This document shows positions 51,647 to 63,443 of a stretch of 64,000 nt of DNA, one piece after another (positions within the stretch are counted from its first letter, which is position 1; every line of letters begins with the position of its first letter). The DNA is from an uncultured Planctomycetaceae bacterium. Its GTDB lineage: Bacteria; Planctomycetota; Planctomycetia; Planctomycetales; Planctomycetaceae. The position numbers and the translations under genes were made by a program. The notes below the pieces were generated by a model. It was not told the DNA's origin and did not search any database. It saw only the letters and a list, made by a program, of their open reading frames with translations. The stretch spans positions 1,088,001 through 1,152,000 of the forward strand of contig CAWFAK010000017.1 of the NCBI GenBank assembly GCA_963813715.1. Reading direction: 5' to 3'.

Positions 51647-52569
51647 ATGAGCGATCGACTGTGGCATCTGGAAGACGTCCGCGTCGAGGGCTGGTCCCGC
51701 CCTCGGCTCGACGTTCCGGACCTCGACATCCCTCGCGGCATCACGGCCGTCCTGGGCATCTCCGGAGCCGGCAAAACGACGCTGCTCAACCTGCTCTGCG
51801 GCTTTGCCCGCCCCGATCACGGCCGCGTCGAATCCTTCATCGACCGAAATAATTGCCGCCTGCCGTTGTTTTGGGTGCCGCAGAATGACGGCTTGTGGCC
51901 GCACCGAACGGCCCGCGCCCATCTCGCGCAAGTGGAAAATGGCGCAGCCTCGGCCGGCCCTCGACTGGTTGGCCGATTTCAATCTCGAAGAGCATGCCGA
52001 GAAAACGCCCGAACAACTATCGCACGGCGAGCGAAATCGACTGGCCATCGCGCGGGCCCTTGCCAGCGGTGCCGCCGTGCTCGTCCTCGATGAACCGATG
52101 GCCCACGTCGATCCGGCGCATCGGCGACTACTGGTCGGTGATCCGCGATTGGTGCCGGAAGTCGGGCACGTCGCTGATTATCGCCACGCACTCGCCAGAG
52201 GTCGCACTCTCCGAGGCCGAGCACGCGATCTGCCTTCGCGACGGACGCGTGATTTCCAGCGGCCCGATGCGCGACCTCTATCATGCGCCCGCGCACGCCG
52301 AAGAGGCCGCCCTGCTCGGCCCGGTCAATTGGCTTTCGCCGGCCGACCTACGGCAATGGCTCGGCGACAACGGCCGACACCGATGCCTGCTTTCGTCCCG
52401 AGCAGATCGTCGTCAGCGCCGTCGCCGGATGGTCCTTTCGTCGTCGAGGACTCGCGGTTCGCCGGTTCGTTTGGCGAAGTGACCCTCTCCGACCCGCGGA
52501 CGACTTCCAAACGTCGATTCTTTCATCGCCCGGCCGGTCCGCGGCTCGAGCGCCGGCCAGCGCGTCGCC
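51647..52569 (+). CDS. ABC transporter ATP-binding protein (several frameshifts; possibly fused to the NHL domain)
   Basis: Walker A GISGAGKT, signature LSHGERNR, Walker B VLVLDEP and H-loop IATHS spread over several frames. Confidence 0.8.
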
Positions 52570-53475
52570 TTGCGATTGATTGTTGCGCTCTGTATGTGCT
52601 TCTTCGCGGCAGCCTGCGACAAGCGCGACCAGCCGCTGCTCAAGGTGCGCGAAGTTCATTACTGGCCCGTTCCGCCGCAAGGCTCGCGGTTTCCCGCTCC
52701 CCGCAGCGTCACCTGCGGGCCGAACCACGAAAACTACGTGCTGGACCGCGGCGGTCGCGTCCTCGTCTACGGCGAAACGGGGTCGCTGCTCCGCCAATGG
52801 GATATGCCCGATGCCCACAACGGCAATCCCGAGGGAGCCTGTGTCTTTCTCGATGGGCGAATCGCCGTGGCCGACACCCACTACAGCCGCGTTGTCTTCT
52901 TCAATCACGATGGCAAGGTCGTAGGCATGCTCGGCAGCGCCGGACAAAGTCCGTCGCAATTCATCTTTCCCGTCTGCGTAACACAGGACCCGCACGGAAA
53001 CTTCTACGTCGGCGAGTACGGCGGCAACGATCGCGTGCAGAAGTTCTCGGTCGACGGCAAATTCCTGCTGCAAATCGGCCGCTGCGGGTCCGGTCCCGGC
53101 GAGTTCGAGCGGGCCAGCGGCGTGGTGTGGCGCGACGGCCTGCTCTATATCGCCGACTCCTTCAACAACCGCATTCAAATCTTCTCCGACACGGGTGAAT
53201 TTCGCTCGGTCTTCGGACAGCCCGGCGAGACGGTCGAAATGGGGTACCCCTACGCGCTGGCCCTCGGCCCACAGGACGACCTGTTCGTGATCGAGTATTC
53301 GACGGCACGCGTCTCGCGGTTCGATCTGAAATCTGGACGGCTCCTCGGCCGCTTCGGTAGCCCAGGACGGGGCGAGGGGCAGTTCGCCACCCCCTGGGGC
53401 ATCGACGTCGATCCCAAAGGAACGATTCTCGTCGCCGACACCGATAATCGGCGGATTGTGGAGCTGTTGCGATGA
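52570..53475 (+). CDS. NHL repeat beta-propeller protein or domain
   Basis: Repeats IAVADTHYSRV, FYVGEYGGNDRVQKF, LYIADSFNNRIQIF, ILVADTDNRRI; hydrophobic N-terminal segment. Confidence 0.85.
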   Translation: MRLIVALCMCFFAAACDKRDQPLLKVREVHYWPVPPQGSRFPAPRSVTCGPNHENYVLDRGGRVLVYGETGSLLRQWDMPDAHNGNPEGACVFLDGRIAVADTHYSRVVFFNHDGKVVGMLGSAGQSPSQFIFPVCVTQDPHGNFYVGEYGGNDRVQKFSVDGKFLLQIGRCGSGPGEFERASGVVWRDGLLYIADSFNNRIQIFSDTGEFRSVFGQPGETVEMGYPYALALGPQDDLFVIEYSTARVSRFDLKSGRLLGRFGSPGRGEGQFATPWGIDVDPKGTILVADTDNRRIVELLR

Positions 53476-56400
53476 AGCGGCTCCGCCGAGTGCTCCGGTC
53501 CGTCTTTCCGCCTCCGCGGCGGCCGGTGACGCTGCGCCAGGTGCTGCTGCTCGTGCTGTTTTTCGCCGTCTATTTCGGTACGTGCGCGGCTCTCGTGTTC
53601 ACGCACAAGGTGCTGTTCGTGCGGCCCGTCGAATGTTCGTGCTGATGGCCGTCTGCGTCTGGATCTGGTGGATGTACGTGGCCGGCTATTCGGGACTTCC
53701 CGGACGCCGCGCGGGTATTGCGTTTCTCGTCCGTGCGATCTTGGTCGGCGTTTTTTGCCTGGCGCTGGCCGAGCCGCGGGCCGTGCGGACGAGCGACCTG
53801 CTCTCGGTGGTTTACGCGATCGACCTGTCGGATTCGATCGGCGAAGGCTCGACCGAGACCGCGCTGCAGTTTATGGCTACGACCGTGAACCAAAAGCCGG
53901 AACGCGATCAGGCCGGGCTCGTCGTCTTCGGGCGGAACGCAGCCGCCGAGCTGCCGCCCCGCCAGGCATTTCCCTTCGATTCGGGCTCGGTCTCGATCAA
54001 TTCGCACGTCGACCGGGGCGCGACGAACATCGAGCAGGCGCTCTCCTTGTCGGCCGCCATGTTGCCGGAAGAGAACGCCGGACGGATCGTGCTTGTCTCC
54101 GATGGAGCAGCGACCGAAGGCAGCCTGACGCGAATTCTCGACGATCTCAAATCGCGAGACATCGCCGTCGACGTCTTGCCGGTGCAGTACGACTACTCGC
54201 GTGAAGTCTGGCTCGAGCGGCTCGATCTGCCCCGTTTCGTAAAGCTCGGCGACAACTATGAAGCGGTGATCGTGCTGTCGAGCTTGCAGAACGGTTCGGG
54301 CCGTCTCGTCGTCCGCGAGCAGGGGCGCGTGATCTCGGAGCAGTCGGTCGACTTCCGCGCGGGCAAGAACCGTTACGTCGTTCCCATCAAGCTGCGCGAG
54401 CCGGGATACTACGAATACTCGGCCACGATCGAAACGCCGAACGGCGCCGACCACCTCAAGCAGAACAACACCGTCCTCAACTACCTCTATGTGAAGGGGG
54501 AGGGACGCGTGATGGTCGTGCGCGATTCGGCCGGCAAGAAAGAGGACTGGCGCCGCTGGTGGCCGCACTCAAGGCCGAGCAGCGGCTGGTCGACGTGTTC
54601 ACGGCCGAACAATTCCCCCGCGACGCCCTGTCGCTGATGCCTTACGACGCGGTGATCTTCGTGAATGTCGCGGCCGACGCTTTCGATCCGGTCCAGTTCA
54701 AGGCGGTCCACGACGCGGTTCGCGACTTGGGTGTCGGCTTTCTGATGGTCGGAGGCCGCAACAGTTTTGGGCCCGGCGGCTACAACAAGACACCGATCGA
54801 GGATGTGCTCCCCGTCAGCATGGACATCACCAAGAAGAAGGTGTTGCCCAAGGGGGCGCTGGTCATCGTGCTGCACACGTGCGAATTCCCGGAAGGAAAC
54901 ACGTACGCCAAGCGCGTGACCAAGGAAGCCATCCGCGTTCTCGGCTCGCAGGACGAGGCCGGCGTGTTGGCCTTCATGCAGGGCGATTCGTCCTGGGTCT
55001 TCGAGCTGACGCCCGTCAGCCAGTACGACGCGATGGTCCGCAAGATCAACGCCGCGACGCCCGGTGACATGCTGGCGTTTCAGCCGATCATGGAAGCCGG
55101 CTACACCGCGCTCGCGAAAAGCGACGCGGCCGCCAAGCACATGATCGTCATCTCCGACGGCGATCCGCAGCCGCCGACTCCCCAATTGCTGAAAGACTTC
55201 AAGGCCAAGGACATCACGATCTCGACGGTGTCGATCTTCCCCCACGGCGGGGTCGAAGTCGGCACGCTGCAGGCAATGGCCAACCTCACTGGCGGCCGGT
55301 ACTACACCACCACCGACCCGGATCAGCTCCCCTCGATCTTCATCAAGGAGGCCAAGTCGCTCAAACGCTCGATGGTGCAGAATAAAACGTTCACGCCCGA
55401 AGTCGGATTCCCCTCTCCCATTCTCAAAGGGTTGGGCGGCCTGCCTCCGTTGCACGGCTACGTGCTGACGACTCCCAAGGAGCGGCTGACCGAGTTGATT
55501 CTTGAGGCCCACTTGCCTGACGACGATTCGCTCGACCCCGTGCTCGCCCGCTGGAAATTCGGCCTGGGCACGACGGCCGCCTTCACCTCCGACCTCTCGA
55601 GCAACTGGGGCGCCGATTGGGTCGGCTGGGAGGGCTATCGGGCCTTCGTCAAACAACTGATGACCGACATCGCCCGCGTGCAGGATGAGGAGCACTTGCG
55701 GCTGTGGGCCTATTCCTCAGGCACGCAGGGTGTGATCGTGGCCGAGGACTTCCATCCGCAGAACATGTTCCTCGAAATGCAGGCGCAAGTCTCCGGGCCG
55801 CAGGACAAGTCGGAAGCGATCCAACTGCGGCAGATCGCGCCGCGGCGTTACCAGGCGACGTTCCCGCTCTGGGGACCGGGCCGCTACCAGGTGATGGCGA
55901 TCGGCAAATCGGGCGATCGCACGGCCCGCGCGCAAGGGGGCTTTATCGTCTCCTACTCGCCCGAGTACCTGCGGTTCCGCTCCAATCCGATGGTCCTCGA
56001 CGAGATCGCCGAAAAGACCGGCGGCAAGGTGCTCAAGAAAGACGCGACGGCCGACGACATTTACCGCTCTCGCCGGCAGCCCAAGCGCAGCTCGCGGCCG
56101 ATTTTCGACTGGTTCCTGGTGGCGCTGGCCTGCCTGCTGCCGCTCGACGTGGCTTTTCGCCGAATCCAGATCGATCGGAATTCGTTCGCGACCCTTCTCG
56201 GGACTCGGTCGACGCAAGACGGAATCGACCGCCACGATGGGGACGCTGTTGTCCCGCAAGCAAACGCTCAAGAAAGCCTTCGACGCCCAGCGCTTGCCGG
56301 TGCCCGGTCCGCTCCGCACGCCGAGCGGATCCGCAGCCGGCGGCTCCCTGGCGGGACCGCCGCGCCGCCCAAAGCCGGGCCTCCCAAACCCGAACCAAAA

Positions 56401-56499
56401 CCGGCCGAGCCCAAGAAGCCGGGCGACGAATCGACGACCGGTCGGTTGCTGGAAATGAAACGCAAACGTCAGCAAGACGGAAAAGAGGGAAAACCGTGA
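53472..56499 (+). CDS. Membrane protein with two VWA domains and a GATase-like domain (several frameshifts)
   Basis: LALAEPR, MIDAS DLSDS, RIVLVSDG, GFLMVGGRNSFGPGGY, KHMIVISDGD, LDVAFRR. Confidence 0.8.
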
Positions 56500-57529
56500 G
56501 CACAAATCTGCGCGAGACCCAGTCGACCGAAGAGTTTCAGGTGCTGCAGGCCGAGGCGGACGACTTTGCCGCGATGTTCAACGCGGCCCGCACCGGAAGT
56601 TGGGCACGTGATCGTCGGCCAGGAACGGGTGGTCGAAGAAACGCTCACGGCCATCTTCTGCGGCGGCAATGTGCTGCTCGAGGGTGTGCCGGGGCTCGGC
56701 AAGACCGAGCTGGTGAAGGCCCTGTCGCGCGTGCTCGACCTCGACTTCCGCCGCATTCAGTTCACACCCGACTTGATGCCGGCCGACATCATCGGCACGC
56801 GGATCATGACCACCAATGCCGACGGGCGCTACGAATTCGAGTTCCGTCCAGGGCCGATCTTCACCCAGCTCTTGCTGGCCGACGAAATCAACCGCGCCAC
56901 GCCTAAGACCCAGTCGGCCCTGTTGGAAACGATGCAAGAGGGTTCGGTCACGACGGCCGGCACGATCTACCAACTCAAGCAGCCGTTCTTCGTGATGGCG
57001 ACGCAGAACCCGATCGAGCAGGAAGGAACCTACCCGCTGCCCGAAGCGCAGCTCGACCGCTTTCTGTTCAAGGTCGAAGTGCCGTTTCTCAATCGCAGCG
57101 AGCTCAACGACGTTGTGATGCGAACGATCCTCAAGCGGCCGACAGAGCCGAAGAAACTGCTCGACTCCGACCGAATTCTCGGACTGCGGAAGGTGCTCGA
57201 CAAAGTGGTGGTCGCCGACCCGATCCGGGATTACGCCGTGCGGCTCGTGCTCTCGACGCATCCGGGAACCGACTTCGCCACCGACGAAATCCGCAAGTAC
57301 GTCCGCTGGGGCGCCAGTCCGCGGGCCGCGCAAGTCCCTGATCCGTGCCGCACGCGTGCGGGCCTTGAGCCAGGGCCGCGCGCACGCCGGCTTCGACGAC
57401 GTGCGGCATTTCGCCGCCAGCGTGCTGCAGCACCGCGTGCTGCTCAATTACGACGGCCAGGCGGAAAACATGACCACGCCGACGCTCATTCGTCAATGCG
57501 TCGAGCGACTCTCGGAGGAGCAGGTGTAG
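56496..57529 (+). CDS. moxR: MoxR family AAA+ ATPase (frameshifts near 56590 and 57335)
   Basis: LLEGVPGLGKT, RIQFTPDLMPADI, LLADEINRA, ATQNPIEQEGTYPLPEAQLDRF, WGASPRA. Confidence 0.93.
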
Positions 57530-57600
57530 CCGCGCCCGGGACGAACGCTCACTAGGCGGGCGGGAAAGACTGAATCAAAGAGATCGTTGAGAAGATTCCG

Positions 57601-58503
57601 ATGGCCGACGAAGCCGTCAAACAATTCACCACGCTACTCGATAACTCCATCCTCGGCCGGCTGGAGCGGATGCGGATTGCGTCGCGGCGGCGGCTCACCA
57701 ACCGTGCGCACGGCGAACACCTCTCCGGCAAAGGCGGGACGAGCATCGAATTCTCCGACTTCCGCGATTACGTCGCGGGGGACGACCTGCGATTCGTCGA
57801 CTGGAACATCTTCTCGCGGCTCAACCGGCCCGTACGTGAAGCAGTACCGCTACGAAGAGCAGATGTGCATCGTGATCATTATCGACGCCTCGACCTCGAT
57901 GGCGTTTGACGGCAAAGTTCCAGCGAGCGTGCCAGCTGGCCGGTGCGTTTGCGCTGATGGGCCTCTTCTCGCTCGAGCCAGTGAGCATTTATGCCTGTGG
58001 GCCAAGTGGCAGCGAGCCCGCGCTTTGTCCTCCGTGCACGGGGCGGGTCAGCCGCGCGCGGGTCTTCACGTTCCTCGAAGGACTCAAAGCAGCGGGCGAT
58101 TCGTCCATCGAGTCGGCCGTCGAAGCCGTGTTGCGGCGGCACCGCGGGCGGGGCATGGCCATCGTCCTGTCGGATTTTCTGACGTTCGGCGCGCTGGGCC
58201 GGCCGTTCAATCTGCTGTTTAGCCGGGCTCGAAGTTTGTGCGATCCAGATCCTGAGCCCGGCCGAGATCGATCCCGAGCTGACCGGCGACCTGCGGTTCG
58301 TCGACAGCGAGACCGATCAAACGCTCGACATCTCGAACGTCGGCGAGTTGCTGTCGGTGTATCACGACCGCCGCCGCGAGCTCGAGCGTGAGCTGGACGA
58401 GCACTGTCGCCGGCGGCGCGGGCGGTTTCTGACGACGCGGTCCGACGATCCGATCGAGTGGCTCCTGTTCGACCGGCTGCGGCGGCAAGGCTGGGTGCGA
58501 TGA
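57601..58503 (+). CDS. DUF58 family VWA-like protein (several frameshifts)
   Basis: GEHLSGKGGTSIEFSDFRDYVAGDDLRFVDWN, IIDASTSM, IVLSDF. Confidence 0.88.
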
Positions 58504-60390
58504 ACTGGCTGGGCTTCTTTTCGCTCGGCAGCGCGTGGCTGGCACTTTTGCTGGTGCCGCTGGTGCTCGTTTATTTCCTCAAGCTCCGCCGCCCGCGGCA
58601 GTCGGTTTCATCGCTCGCGCTCTGGTACCAGGTGATCAACGACCAGCGGGTCAATTCGCCGTTTCAGAAATTCAAGCGGAATTTGTTGCTGTTGCTGCAG
58701 GTGCTGGTGCTCGTCTGCCTGGTGTTGGCCGCCATGCAGCCCTTCTTGCCGCGGGCGAGCGTGCGGGCCCAGTATCAGCCCATTCTGATCGACTGCTCGG
58801 CCAGCATGGGAGCGCTCGACGCCCCCGGAGGGCGAGCGACGGTTGGACGCGGCGAAGAAACAGGTCCTGACGATCGATCGACAATCTCCTCCCCGATCAG
58901 CGGGTCTCGCTCGTGGCCTTCGGCTCGACGGCCCGGCGGCTCACCGATTTCACCGACAACAAAACGATCCTGAAGGACGCGCTTGCAAAACTGGATGTCG
59001 TCCCCGTCCCCAGCCACACGGTCGACGCGCTGCGGATGACCCAGGCCCTCGCACACACGGTGCCGATCGAGCGCGTGCTGATGGTCACAGACGGCAACGT
59101 TCCCGCTGACGCCGACTTCGAGCTGCCGTTCGACCTGGTCTACCAACAGATTCCCTCCCGGCGGCCCGAACCTGGGAATCACCGCGTTCAACGCCCGTCG
59201 CTCGGCGGCCGATCAATGGGAAGTCTTTGTCGGGGTCGAAGGCTCGGAGACGGCCAGCCAGGCGAGCGGCAAGCTCGAGCTGTTTCGCGACGGCGTCTCC
59301 GTCGGCACCGAGCCCGTGCTGCTTGTGCCCGGCCACACCAAGCGGGTCGTCTTCCGTCTCGAGTCGCCGGCCGCATCGAGCCTCGAGGCTCGCCTGACGC
59401 CCGACGGCTTCGACTCGCTCGAATCCGATAACTCGGCCTACCTGCAACTGCCGAAGAGCCGACCTCTGTCGGTCTTCGTCCCCTCCGAAATGACGTCGTT
59501 CCGCCGGGCTTTCCGCGTCCAAAAGGGTATCGAACTCGTCGACGAAGCGGCCGCGCGGTCGGGAACCGCCTTCGACGTCGTCGTCAGCAATCGCCCGGAA
59601 GACGTGAAGCTGGAGGGGTCCGCCGCGCTCTTTGTCGGTTTTGTGCCCAAAGATCTCGCCAAGCTCGTCAGCATCGGCAAGGGCTCGATCGACGTGGTCG
59701 ACTGGGAGCGGAGCAGCCCGCTGCTGGCACACGTGGTGCTCTCCGAAGTGACGGGCGTCGAGCAGCCGAAAGTCGGCCGAAGGCGTTCGCGACGGCGACT
59801 TTGAAAAACTCGGCTACACGGTGCTGGCTTCCGGCCGGACGGGTCCGCTTCTACTGGAGCGCCGCATCGGAGCGCGAGTCGAATATTATTTGCTGTTCGA
59901 CGTGGACCGCTCGACGCTCCCGTTCCGCGTCGGATTTCCCATCCTGGCGGCCAACTTGTTGGAAATCGGCCGGCTTCAGGCTGGCCTGGCGGAAGTCCGC
60001 GGCAGTCGGACGGGCGTACTGCCGCCGCTGCAACTGAAGCCGAAGACCACTTACCGCGTCGCCGGCCCGCAAGGAAGTGCCGTCGACGTCGTCACCAGCG
60101 AATCGGGCGTCCTCAACGGCGTGTCCGCACTGGCCATCGGACAATATCGGGTCACGGAGGGCGGCGCAGAAGCCGCGCACGTCGGCATCAGCCTGCTCGA
60201 CTCGATGGAGACTTCGCTCGTCGCGGTCAAGCAACTGCGCTTCAAAGAGGATCAAGAGGTGGCTGCGACGAACGATCGCATCGATGCGGACCGCCCGCTG
60301 TGGCCGACCTTCGCTCTGGCCGGCCTCGGAGTGCTGCTCGTCGAGTGGTGGTATTTTCAGCGCCGTCCGGGAGGCTGGCCCTCGACATGA
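58500..60390 (+). CDS. BatA-N / VWA domain membrane protein (several frameshifts)
   Basis: PLVLVYFLKLRR..VSSLALW, LAAMQP, LIDCSASM, VTDG, C-terminal LLVEWWYF TM. Confidence 0.85.
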
Positions 60391-62512
60391 GCCCACCCCG
60401 CTGCCAACGTGGCGTTTGGCAAATCGTAATCGTCGCGATTGTGGCCGTCTCCATCCTCGCTGAAGGTCGGATGATCGCGCAGGCGCAAGCCCAGCCCGTG
60501 GTGCAGCTGCCGGCGAAGCTCACGTTGCGCTATCGCCGGGCTCGATCGGGCGCCCCCTCCCCGTAGTTTGGCGTTTCGAGTGGGCGGAAAAAACGCCCGC
60601 CACCGGAGCGCTTGAATACGAGATTTACGACGAGGGCACCTGCCTGGCGCAATTTCGGGTTCCCGATTTCGTCCTGTCACCGGGAAAGAACGAATTCAAC
60701 GCTCTGCTGCCCGCGTTTTTCGTAGGCAGTTCCGCCTCCCTGTTGACGATTCACGGGCGGTTCGTGACCGGCAAACGCAGTCTCGATTTTGACGAGCAGA
60801 CGCTGCGCGCGCCGACCTCTTATGTGCAGTGGTTCAGCGTCGGCGTGGCGGCCGGCCCCAAAGCGCCGCCTCCAGATTCGCAAATGCGGTTTTACGACAA
60901 AATCCGCATCGAGAGCTTTTTGTCGCCCGACCAGGCGGTGAACCAGTCAGCCACGGTGGGCTACGAGCTGAAGTCGACGGAGATTCCCAACGATCCGCTC
61001 ACGTTTTGCAATTTCGACGTCTTCGTGCTCACGCCGCCGGCGCTGGCCGAACTGCGCGCCGACCAGGCCAGTGCCTTGCTGAAGTGGGTCCGCGGCGGCG
61101 GCAGCCTGTGCATCGTGACGGGCGGTGGTCTCGAGCCCCGACAAGCCGATTGGCTCAACGAGGTGACCAACGAAGATGCGAAACGCGAAAAGTTCGTCGT
61201 CGGGCCCAAGGGATTTCTCCTCCCCGGCGAAGATGCGACCGGAACGATGCTGACTTTGATGAAGGGGCTGGGGCGCGTCGCCGTCCTTCGCGAACACCTG
61301 CTCACCACGATCGAGCCGAACGATGCCAGCTGGATGGCAACCGCCCGCTTCCTGCTCAAAGGCCATAAGGATAACGATGCACTACATGAGGCCATTCGCG
61401 CACTGTTTGACCCGCAGAACCGAGTTGGTGGTGCCATTGCCCCAAGGAGAACGCCACGCAGAGCGAGTTCCGCACGACCGTCGGGCAACCGCTGGCCCGC
61501 TCCACGTTCGAGCAACCTCAACGCGGCTCCGCTGGGCGACTTGGGAAGCCTGTTCCAGCTCTTGATGCCAACCGGAGTCTCGGCCATTCCGGTCAAGGTG
61601 ATTGCGATCATCCTGGCGGCGTACGTGCTGACGATCGGACCGATCGATTATTTTCTGCTCGGTGCCCTGCGGCTGCGACGATTCACCTGGATTCTTTTCC
61701 CCGTGGTCACAGTAGGATTCGCCGGCTTTACCCTTTGGCTCTCGCAGCGGTACCTGGGATCGAACGACAGCCGGCGGGCGATCGAGATTTACGACTTCGT
61801 GCGGGGCGGCACGGTCGCGCGGCGCACGCGGATCGAGATGCTCTTTCTCAGTCAAGAAAAAGATCTGGAGACGCCGATGGAGAACGGCCTCTTCGCGGTG
61901 GTGGGGCGCGGCAATGTGATGAACGGCGGGCCGTTTTTACAAGTCGCGACCAAGGACACGCCGGAGACGGTCGGCGTCGACGATCGCTTTCCGAGCAAAT
62001 ACGGGATCGTGCAGCAGGTGCCGCAGTGGCGGCCCGTGCTCAACCGCTTCTTCTGGCTCGACCCCAAACCCTCCACGATCTATCAGCCGCCCGATTTGCC
62101 CGGCGCGGCGGGATTCGATTGGGACACGCCTCCCGGGGTCACCGGTCGGGATAACCAACCGACACTCGCGGAGCGCGTGCGCCGCGCGTTTGGCCCCAAG
62201 GCGTGTGCCGTCGTGCTGCACGGCTCTTCCAAGAGCTACGCGCTCAACGATCTCTCCGAGCTGGAACACTTCCGCGCCAAAGGGCCCATGTACGTCGAGA
62301 GCCCGGTCGCGCAAATCGTCCAAGAGCTGACCCAGCGCCTGCCGGAGCAACTCTTCGAATACGTGTCGACCGTATCGCCCAACGGCGGAGCCGAACTGGA
62401 TGATCTCGCGCTGAGCGACCCCAGCGACAATAACCAAAGCGTGCTGGTGATCGCCGTCGAGACCGAGTCGACGCTCCACCTCTATCGCCGCGCCTATGCC
62501 GGGAGCCCCTGA
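60387..62512 (+). CDS. Hypothetical membrane protein of MoxR operons (frameshifts 60550-60750)
   Basis: ATGA-coupled start; WVRGGGSL, GLGRV, YVLTIGPIDYFLL..WILFP motifs. Confidence 0.65.
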
Positions 62513-63443
62513 TGCTCGTCGTCAATGTCGAGAATCTGTACGTCGACTACGGCACGATCCATGCCGTCCGCGGCATCTCGCTGCAGATTCCCCGCGGAGA
62601 GGTTTACGGCTTTATCGGCCCAAACGGCGCGGGCAAGTCGTCGACGATCAAGGTCCTGGCAACGCTCTTACCCGGATACCGGGGCCAAGCGCAGGTCAAC
62701 GGCATCGAGGTCTCCCGCGACCCCCAGCTCGTCCGAGAGAACATCGGCTACATGCCCGACTTCTTCGGCGTCTACGAAGACCTGACCACGCGGGAATACC
62801 TCCACTTCTTCGCAGCCACCTATCGCATCCCCGGACCCGCCGTGCGGCCATCGTCAACGACGTGCTGGAGCTGACCGATCTGACCCACAAGATCGACAGC
62901 CAGGTCGATTCGCTCTCGCGGGGTATGAAACAGCGGTTGGCCCTGGCGCGGGTGCTCTTGCACGATCCGGACCTCTTGCTCTTGGACGAGCCGGCCAGCG
63001 GCCTCGATCCGCGAGCCCGCATCGAAGTCCGCGAACTGCTGAAAGAACTGAAGAACATGGGCAAGACGATCCTGATCTCGAGCCACATCCTGCACGAGCT
63101 GGCCCAGATGTGCACGCGGATCGGCATCATCGAGGCGGGGCAGATGGTCGCCCAGGGGCCGCTCGACGAAATTTATCGCCGGCTGCAGCTGATGCGCGTG
63201 GTTCACGTACAACTGACCCACTCGGGCGAAGATGTGCTGAACCGGCTGCGGAGCATCCCCGGTGTCGAATCGGTTGATCCGCAAGTCGACCGCATCGCCA
63301 TTCGCCTGCACGAAGACCGCCTGTCGGTTGAGGATCTGCACGACGCCATTCAAGAGGCCGGCGGACGGATCCGCATGTATCAGCCCGAGGCGATGGACAT
63401 GGAGACGGCCTTCATGAAACTGACGCAAGGCACGACGGCATGA
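62512..63443 (+). CDS. ABC transporter ATP-binding protein (frameshift near 62835)
   Basis: GPNGAGKS, LSRGMKQRL, LLLDEPASGLDP, ISSHIL. Confidence 0.92.
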
